Shown here: positions 58,101 to 64,000 of the stretch, one piece after another
Layout of the letters: each line of letters starts with the position of its first letter
Position numbering within the stretch: position 1 is the first letter of the stretch
IMG/VR virus record: IMGVR_UViG_3300034418_007243
Span: 1 to 64,000 of that record
Direction: 5' to 3' (one strand)
Origin: a virus
DNA: 64,000 bases
Program-made: the position numbers and the translations under genes
The notes under the pieces: model-generated
What the model was told of the DNA's origin: nothing
The model's input: the letters and a program-made list of their open reading frames with translations, nothing else
The model's database searches: none

Positions 58101-58459
58101 CAATGTATGTACCCAAAGCAGAAGCTAATAATATATTTACTACTAATGCTGAAAGAACTAGTTTAGATATATTAATGGATTATAATAATGAAGTAACTAT
58201 TGATGCTTCTCCTAGATATACAAAAGGTCTTAGAGTAACTAGAGGACCTAATGGTTATTATACTGAAGGTTTAGCTGCTCAAGGAATAAATCCTGATGGT
58301 TCTTTTGACTGGGTAGCTTTTCAAAAAGATTACGGAAATAATGTAGACTTAACAAGTGCTTTTGCTGATGCAAATAAGTTAGCTGTTGATATTGATAAAG
58401 TAATGCAACTTCAAGAGAAACAGTGGAATCTTGCAAATGGTATAAAAGAAACAAGATAA
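55148..58459 (+). CDS. Virion ejection protein with predicted membrane segment
   Basis: N-terminal P...PD.NF.......KQ..D; Ala/Gly-rich hydrophobic stretch (GPFGWGAAAVAFLAA). Confidence 0.7.
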   Translation: MATYINGVTDYIPQIQPFRPDFNFYTQAMRFKQSKHDAARRQLSDLYGSLLNAPMTREDNIAARDKFFKTIKEDINKLSGMDLSLEANVQQGQMLFNQLTDNTNIVKDMVWTKHFQNQMAKGKALKDCADPEKCGGSWWEGGDSYMAYKMQEFKNASAEDAMKMGMVDYVSQQDVMGKAMKLAKDAGLSITMDQLQGGYITTTKNGPLLQGPLSNLFTGTLAKDGKILEYYKAKAYVDRKNFGMANADKYGSVEAAESFYIQQNADMLEKLYNTQTQTTKDDAATNKKIKEEVLNDVNKNGANPKSTVWSELEQMDLEEKGYESSSKVYENAGNETALAKRNLSGRALDGAMAAYYLGNDINKAAQTLAMKDYEFKMEADKYSLEAVQQRNRLLLEDVKQKNRLDMEKFKFDNERYLKQMELMGPAALNTPSETIVNGSTTGSLTWNEDGYMGYDKLEAGANQFSEDYQKMQNDLSAPEKGILSMAYKATESAASLGNTQAKSDYVAMTMDYLAAQGAADPQSGLDIKSVGVDQESQDPSREMVSARRQEFNNTLAKIQSAKSLDEKFAIAKKAGVDINSLSGFDADQMYMNTVEKFSADNAQGENIRRPYMRQVNQMAIANKENIKAKREYLAKMDSAYANLALGVINKVKAGKGGYSQEMIDAMEAYIDTETGHAKSYEEFEKAYMAKGYTREQAQAIYRQDEEYDYSTSGAGSYAKSIGRNIYEAAEGAAIPAAAGWLSGTAAAAVSAAGGTAAATGPFGWGAAAVAFLAANGLYNLWEATLGDGDYGLIGFDFKGPGYYEGNRGGYGATPETGGVGKGNPGLLDAWKRAFSAQADPPGDYGWMNIHGLGQRSTKAINYQIVDPKYTGAASTIGTLGMMKDVLRSTNAKVTMGGFGQEIPEEVDAEALKILGIAMTDMSTNTKGASRLTPNVTYSHIAGGNDDWVAMNIKFNDAFSNRFKGNEDNPGPTRGLQNQLRDEGITMYVPKAEANNIFTTNAERTSLDILMDYNNEVTIDASPRYTKGLRVTRGPNGYYTEGLAAQGINPDGSFDWVAFQKDYGNNVDLTSAFADANKLAVDIDKVMQLQEKQWNLANGIKETR

Positions 58460-58462
58460 ACT

Positions 58463-61400
58463 ATGGCTAACGGAGATCCTACACAAGACATGTCAATAAC
58501 ACCACCTGGCTTAAGTGAAGGTCCTGTGGATTTAAGTGCTGGTGTACCCATGAATACACTACCACAAAATTTAGAAGCCCCTAGAGTTGAAGATTATTAC
58601 CCTGATAGATTTAAACAAGATCCTATTGCATCATTGCCTCCAACTCCAGAAAAGGTAAATGCTTTAATTGATAATTTTGTTTATAATACAGAAGCTAAAG
58701 AAAATCCTTTAAAAGCTACTAGTGTTTTAGGAAACTTTCATACTTCTGATTATGGACAAAATCAATTTATGGATAGATACTATAACCATAATAAATTTAG
58801 TGAGTTAGGTTTTAGTCCTTTTTTAGATAATGAAACTAGATATAATGAAGCTTCTTCTGGTTGGGATGAATTTGAAAGAGCTTTTGGGCAATGGACAAAT
58901 TTATCAGGAGTAGCTTTTTCTGATGCTATGTCTTTTGGTGATTCTTTAACTGACAGAAAAAATGCAGAGCAGTTTAAAAGAGTAATGGATATAGGAAGTA
59001 GTACAGATACTGGAAAGTTTGCTACTAATTTATTTTTAAACTCTGGTTATACAATGGGTATAATGGCAGAGCTTATTGCTGAAGAAGTTGTGTTAGGTGC
59101 AACAACTGCAGCTTTAGGTATTTCTTCCCCTATTACAGGTGGTGCAACTGCAGGTGCTGCTGCTGTAACAGCTGCTACTATGGCAGAAAGAGCAAGAAGA
59201 GGTTTTGGTAAAATTACACATGCTTGGGATGCTATGAAAAACGTAGGTAAAACTTTATCAAGTTTTAAAGATGTTAATAAAGCAAGAGAATATTTTACTT
59301 CAGCAGGAAAAGCTACAGGAAGATTCCTTAATCCACTAGAAAATACAGCAAGATTTCTAAAACAAAAAAAATCAATAGCTGGTATTCATGAAGGAACAAA
59401 GCTTGCTAAACTAAAAACAGCTACTAGCGGTTTTGCAGAATTTTATAAAGATGTAAGAAATGTTAGATTAGCCTTTGGTGAAGGAGCTTTAGAAGGAGGT
59501 ATGGTTGAAAATGAAATGATTGATCATTTAACTAAAGACTGGTTAGATAAACATCCTGGTCAAAAGATGAGTGATTCTGCTGCTCAAGCTATAAGAAATG
59601 CTGCTAGAGATGCTGGTGTAACAACTACTCTTACTAACACACCTGTTATACTTCTAAGTAACAAAATTGTACTAGACGGTATTTTAAGACCTGGCCAATT
59701 TAGCAAAAAAATTATAGGTGAGGTAATAGAAACAGGAGGAAAGAAACTGTTATTTAATCCACGAAAAGGTGTAAAAGATGTTTATTCTATTTTACCTAAA
59801 GGGTTTATAAATAAAACATGGGCTTACGCAAAAGATCCTAGATTAGCTTTAAGCGCTGCAGCTACAGGAGTTATAAAATATTCTTCTGCTAACTTTGCTG
59901 AAGGTCTTCAAGAAACAGCTCAAGAAATTATATCTGGTACTAATGAAGATTACTATACTGCTCAATATAAAGGTGATGTAACTAAAGGTGGATATTATTC
60001 TTTTGTTGCACAAAATGTTAATAAACAATTCTCTCCTGAAGGATTTGAGATATTTGCTTCAGGATTTTTAATGGGTGGTATAGCAGGTCCTATATCTAAT
60101 ATTGCTGGTAGAACTATGTCTACAGCTACAGAGTTATTTGATCCTAATAGTGATTTAAGAATTAGAGGTTTTAAAATTGGAGAAAAAGAAGATGGTACAG
60201 GTAAGTATATTACAGGTGGATTTTTAGGTAAAGCTTTAGGTATTGGTACTGGTACACAAGAACAAATATCTGCTGCTGAAAAATTAGATAGAAAAAGAAA
60301 AGATGCTTTAGATGATGTAGTAAATACTTTAAATGAGTTTTATGACATTAATAAAAAACAATATCTAAATCCAGAGTTAGAAAATTTATTATCTCAAAAA
60401 CAACTTAATTCTTTGATGCAAAAAGCACAAGAAGAAGGAGATGTTAAAGCATATAATGATTTTAAGGACACATCAGGATTTAAGCATGTAATAACTGCTT
60501 TAAAATATGGTAGATTAGGTACACACATACAGCAGTTAAAAGAACTAAAGAATTTAACAGAAGAAGAAATAAAACAGCAATACGGAATATCAAAAACTAA
60601 ATTTGATGCAAGTATAGATAATGCTGTAGAAAGAGCTGAAAGAATACAATATAGATATGATAAAGCTAAAGAGCTATTTCCTAATCCTTATAACCCACAA
60701 AATTATAGAGGTAACGAAGCATTTCTTATGCTTATAGGAGAAAAAGCTTGGAATGATGCTGTAGAAGAATTTATCTTTAATCAAGATAGTTTTGATAATG
60801 CTGTTAAAAGAACAGAAAAAATACTAAGTAAAGCTAAAGATAAAGCTAAACTTAAAAATACATCCTTTTCAAAATTTGAAGCTTTGTTTTCTTTAAGTAA
60901 AACACAAGCAGAAATTAATACTCTAAAACAAGAAATAGAAGCTTTAGAAGAAAGCGGTGTAAAAAAGACAGATCCTAAATTAAGATCACTTAAAAAACAA
61001 AAAGAATATTTAGAAAGGTTTGCTGATGCAATGGAGCAAACAAAAATAGAAAGAGCAGAAAGTAAAACAGAATCTATTACTCCAAAAACTAAAAAGAAAG
61101 CTGAAAGAGCTTTTAAACTTTACGTGAATTTGTTAGCTGTAGAAAGTGGTGACTTTGTTGCTAATGAAGATTTAACAGATGTATTTGAAGACTTATTAGA
61201 TTATGCAGCCTTAAGTGAAAGAAAACAAAAAGCAATGGATGCTGCTAATCTTTTAACAAACCCTCAAGCATTTTTTGAAAGAGTTGAAAGAAATAAAGAA
61301 ATTAATTCTAAAATTTTTGCTAATAAAAAAGCTGAAATAAAAGAATCTCTTGAGCAGTATTTGAAAGCAATGGATAAAAATGAAATGCTTCAAGAGCTGC

Positions 61401-63553
61401 ATAAATTAGGAATGTTCTTTTCTTTAGAAGAGCTAGAAAATTTAGAACAACAAATGAAAGATGGTGTTCTTACTTTAGAAAGCTTTCCTAAAACATTTTA
61501 TTATACAAATGTAGATACTGTAGAAGATGAAAAGCTTTCAAGTCTTCAAGTACAAAGAAATACAGAGGACTATCAAAAAGCTATTGCGCTAGTTAAAAAA
61601 TATTTTCCTCACATAACTGGAATTCCTATAGAGCAAGAAACTATAGTTGATCCTTACTCAGCTTCAGTAAGATTAAAGCTTAAAGATGATAATAGAACTT
61701 TTGAAGATTTAGCAAAACAATTTGGTTTTGAAAATAAAGAAAAGGTTCCTTTAAAAGATGTTTTACAAGCTATTATAGATAGCAAATATGCAACAGCTCA
61801 AGAAAAACTTTTAGCTTCTCAATTATTAACATTAGCTAGTGATACAGAAACAATTACTTTTGCTACTAATATGGCTATGCCGGGTGAATATTCTGAAAGT
61901 TTACAAACTAGAATAGATCCTAGATATTCAGCAAGTAATTATGCTAAATCAAAGAAAAAATTAAGAACAGAAGATTTTGGTGTTTTTGAATATGAAGGAG
62001 CAGATTTACCTATAGAAGTTACCATTCTAAGATATGAATTAGAAAGAAGAGTTTTTGAATCTTTAAATACTAATACACAGTTTTCTGAAAATATTAATGA
62101 GTTAATGAAACTTGCTGACGCTAGGTTTACAGAAATGGCTAACGCTGATGTAAATAGTGTAAATTTTGCAATATTTCCTTTCTTACAAGATAAAGCTGCT
62201 TTTATACAAGGAGCAATGACTAGCAGAGATTTTCAAAAATTTTTAGCATCTATTCCTTATAAAAGCACAAAAGAACAAAAAAATAGTTGGCAAAAGTTTG
62301 TTGACTTTGTTATAGATTCAATTAAACAAACGCTAGGTGGAAAGCCCAATGGTTCTGCTCTTAATGAAGCTCTTACTCTTATTACATCTGAGATAGGTAT
62401 TATAGAAGAAGAAAAAGCTGCTCCTGTTACAGGAGAAACAAAAGCAGAAGAAGCAGTTATTATAGAAGGTCCTATTTCTATTACAAATAATCCAAAGAGC
62501 ATGTGGTCTGAGCATAAAGAATTTATGACTCAGATGGTTAATTTATTTAAACAACAGAGTAAAGAACAAGAAGCTAAAGGAGAAACACCGCTTGGTAGAT
62601 TTACAGATAAAAATGGAAATAATTTATCAGATTATGCAATCTTAACAACTACTCAATTTAAAACCTGGTGGAATAAAAACTTTAATGCTGCTAAAGATGA
62701 GGCTATAAATAACTATAATACTCAATTAAAAGAAGCAGTAGAATTAGAAGAACTTGAAAGTAAACAACAAGAAGAACCTACTCCTAAATCAGAGCAAAGA
62801 AAAAGTAGAAAGGATGATATTAAGACTAGGGAGATGGTAAACAAACTATTAGGATTACGGTTTACAAGACCTCAGATTGCAGCCATGAGTGTTGATGATG
62901 CTATTAAATTTATAGAAGATAACATTCCTTACCCTGAACTAGTAAAAAGAAGAGAAGAAAAAGAAAGATTAGAAGAATTAAAAGCTAAACAGAAAAAACA
63001 AGAAGCTGTACAAAACATTATTGATAAATTTAATAGTGTTACAAGCTTAGATGAATTAACATCAGTGTATGATACAATTTTAAATGCTATTGAAGAAAAT
63101 GATAAAAACATTGTTGAAGCACAAAAAGATGTAAATATAGAACAATTACGTTTAGAAACTCTAAAAAGATTGGCTGAAGAAGTAAGCTTTGATCAATTAA
63201 AAATTGGTAAAGCAATGCGTCTTAAAAAGAATAAAAATGCTTATATTATAGAGGTAAGTGAAGATGGTAAAACATATACTGCTCAATATGATGATGGCAC
63301 TTCCAATACTGTAGAAATTACAGAAGACAATATAAAAGATTTAGTTCAAGCATTTTATAGTGAAGCTTATGAACAGACAAATGAAGTTGAATCAGAAATT
63401 ACTGAAGATGAAGAAAAAGTTTTATCTGAATCTAAAGAAATATTTGATAATTCATCTGAAGGTATAAAAGAAGCTATGGATTCTGCTAAGAAGCTTGGCA
63501 AAGAACAAGCTAGAAAAAACTTTTTAGACGCAATAAATAATAGATGTAAATAA
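58463..63553 (+). CDS. Large virion ejection protein
   Basis: 1696 aa; hydrophobic Ala/Gly segment, GEGALEGG, EG.QE..Q motifs, long helical C-half. Confidence 0.7.
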   Translation: MANGDPTQDMSITPPGLSEGPVDLSAGVPMNTLPQNLEAPRVEDYYPDRFKQDPIASLPPTPEKVNALIDNFVYNTEAKENPLKATSVLGNFHTSDYGQNQFMDRYYNHNKFSELGFSPFLDNETRYNEASSGWDEFERAFGQWTNLSGVAFSDAMSFGDSLTDRKNAEQFKRVMDIGSSTDTGKFATNLFLNSGYTMGIMAELIAEEVVLGATTAALGISSPITGGATAGAAAVTAATMAERARRGFGKITHAWDAMKNVGKTLSSFKDVNKAREYFTSAGKATGRFLNPLENTARFLKQKKSIAGIHEGTKLAKLKTATSGFAEFYKDVRNVRLAFGEGALEGGMVENEMIDHLTKDWLDKHPGQKMSDSAAQAIRNAARDAGVTTTLTNTPVILLSNKIVLDGILRPGQFSKKIIGEVIETGGKKLLFNPRKGVKDVYSILPKGFINKTWAYAKDPRLALSAAATGVIKYSSANFAEGLQETAQEIISGTNEDYYTAQYKGDVTKGGYYSFVAQNVNKQFSPEGFEIFASGFLMGGIAGPISNIAGRTMSTATELFDPNSDLRIRGFKIGEKEDGTGKYITGGFLGKALGIGTGTQEQISAAEKLDRKRKDALDDVVNTLNEFYDINKKQYLNPELENLLSQKQLNSLMQKAQEEGDVKAYNDFKDTSGFKHVITALKYGRLGTHIQQLKELKNLTEEEIKQQYGISKTKFDASIDNAVERAERIQYRYDKAKELFPNPYNPQNYRGNEAFLMLIGEKAWNDAVEEFIFNQDSFDNAVKRTEKILSKAKDKAKLKNTSFSKFEALFSLSKTQAEINTLKQEIEALEESGVKKTDPKLRSLKKQKEYLERFADAMEQTKIERAESKTESITPKTKKKAERAFKLYVNLLAVESGDFVANEDLTDVFEDLLDYAALSERKQKAMDAANLLTNPQAFFERVERNKEINSKIFANKKAEIKESLEQYLKAMDKNEMLQELHKLGMFFSLEELENLEQQMKDGVLTLESFPKTFYYTNVDTVEDEKLSSLQVQRNTEDYQKAIALVKKYFPHITGIPIEQETIVDPYSASVRLKLKDDNRTFEDLAKQFGFENKEKVPLKDVLQAIIDSKYATAQEKLLASQLLTLASDTETITFATNMAMPGEYSESLQTRIDPRYSASNYAKSKKKLRTEDFGVFEYEGADLPIEVTILRYELERRVFESLNTNTQFSENINELMKLADARFTEMANADVNSVNFAIFPFLQDKAAFIQGAMTSRDFQKFLASIPYKSTKEQKNSWQKFVDFVIDSIKQTLGGKPNGSALNEALTLITSEIGIIEEEKAAPVTGETKAEEAVIIEGPISITNNPKSMWSEHKEFMTQMVNLFKQQSKEQEAKGETPLGRFTDKNGNNLSDYAILTTTQFKTWWNKNFNAAKDEAINNYNTQLKEAVELEELESKQQEEPTPKSEQRKSRKDDIKTREMVNKLLGLRFTRPQIAAMSVDDAIKFIEDNIPYPELVKRREEKERLEELKAKQKKQEAVQNIIDKFNSVTSLDELTSVYDTILNAIEENDKNIVEAQKDVNIEQLRLETLKRLAEEVSFDQLKIGKAMRLKKNKNAYIIEVSEDGKTYTAQYDDGTSNTVEITEDNIKDLVQAFYSEAYEQTNEVESEITEDEEKVLSESKEIFDNSSEGIKEAMDSAKKLGKEQARKNFLDAINNRCK

Positions 63554-64000
63554 TGAGATGTCCACTTAATCCAGATATAGATTTACAAGCATTTAGAGTA
63601 GCTGTATTTGCAGATATGTATGATATGGCAGAAAGCCCTGAAGCTTTTGATGTTGATCAATACATGCAAGAAATGTATGAATTAGTTTTTGAAAACACTA
63701 AAGATCCTGCATTAGCTCTAGATTATGCGCGTTTTATACCTGAAACTACTCTTAGTCTTTTAAATACAGATAAAAAACTTAGTGGCAAATTAATGAATGA
63801 GAAAGGTTTAAACCTAAATTCTCTAATGCAAAAAGTTATTGATATAAGTAACTATAATAAAGATCAATTAAAAGTTCTTAATAATCAGTTAGCTGGTAAA
63901 GTATCTTTAAAAGATACAGCAAAAAAAGGAAAAGAAGTTGCAAAGCGTAAAAACCAAGAAAAGAAAAATGAAAATCAGTTATCACTATTTGATCCTGAAA
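63553..64000 (+). CDS. 5' end of the next large virion protein (partial; may belong to the virion RNA polymerase cluster)
   Basis: TAATG overlap; MRCPLNPDIDLQAF... stays open to the window end; no diagnostic motif visible. Confidence 0.65.
   Translation, partial: MRCPLNPDIDLQAFRVAVFADMYDMAESPEAFDVDQYMQEMYELVFENTKDPALALDYARFIPETTLSLLNTDKKLSGKLMNEKGLNLNSLMQKVIDISNYNKDQLKVLNNQLAGKVSLKDTAKKGKEVAKRKNQEKKNENQLSLFDPE

Noticed and set aside
8176-63111. Short minus-strand and alternate-frame ORFs inside late genes
   Set aside because: Overlap long, well-supported plus-strand genes and have no motifs
58463-63553. Virion RNA polymerase catalytic subunit
   Set aside because: No DxDxD (DFDID-type) catalytic motif seen; the polymerase probably lies beyond the window
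1-64000. Stop-codon reassignment as in some crAss-like phages
   Set aside because: Long genes are intact in code 11, and TAG (7656, 11437, 39946) and TGA (9564, 14194) end genes right at normal boundaries

Overview
A 64-kb piece of a lytic crAss-like (Crassvirales-type) podovirus genome, probably infecting an environmental Bacteroidota host. The evidence is gene order, protein motifs and TTG-N19-21-TAnnTT promoters; genetic code 11 reads normally. Positions 1-7.1 kb hold small leftward early or accessory genes separated by structured intergenic DNA, ending in a DUF2828/vWA (TROVE/Ro60-related) gene. Positions 7.2-64 kb form a rightward late block: fibres, holin and amidase, IHF-like and nuclease genes, terL, portal, scaffold-like gene, major capsid, ring proteins, a Dps-like gene, a Cys-rich cluster, a metallophosphoesterase, small basic and membrane proteins, tail tube, muzzle and large cargo proteins, with the last ORF truncated. 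The most interesting observations are: (1) three stem-closed UCAGCA RNA units upstream of the Ro60-related gene, behind a promoter with palindromic operators; (2) a candidate ~75-nt sRNA at 34.47-34.55 kb that is antisense to four late-gene translation-start regions; (3) a repeated xxxGG motif punctuating three cargo proteins; (4) a seven-copy TTCCTTTCTT motif in early intergenic DNA. All product names come from motif recognition and synteny, not from database searches.
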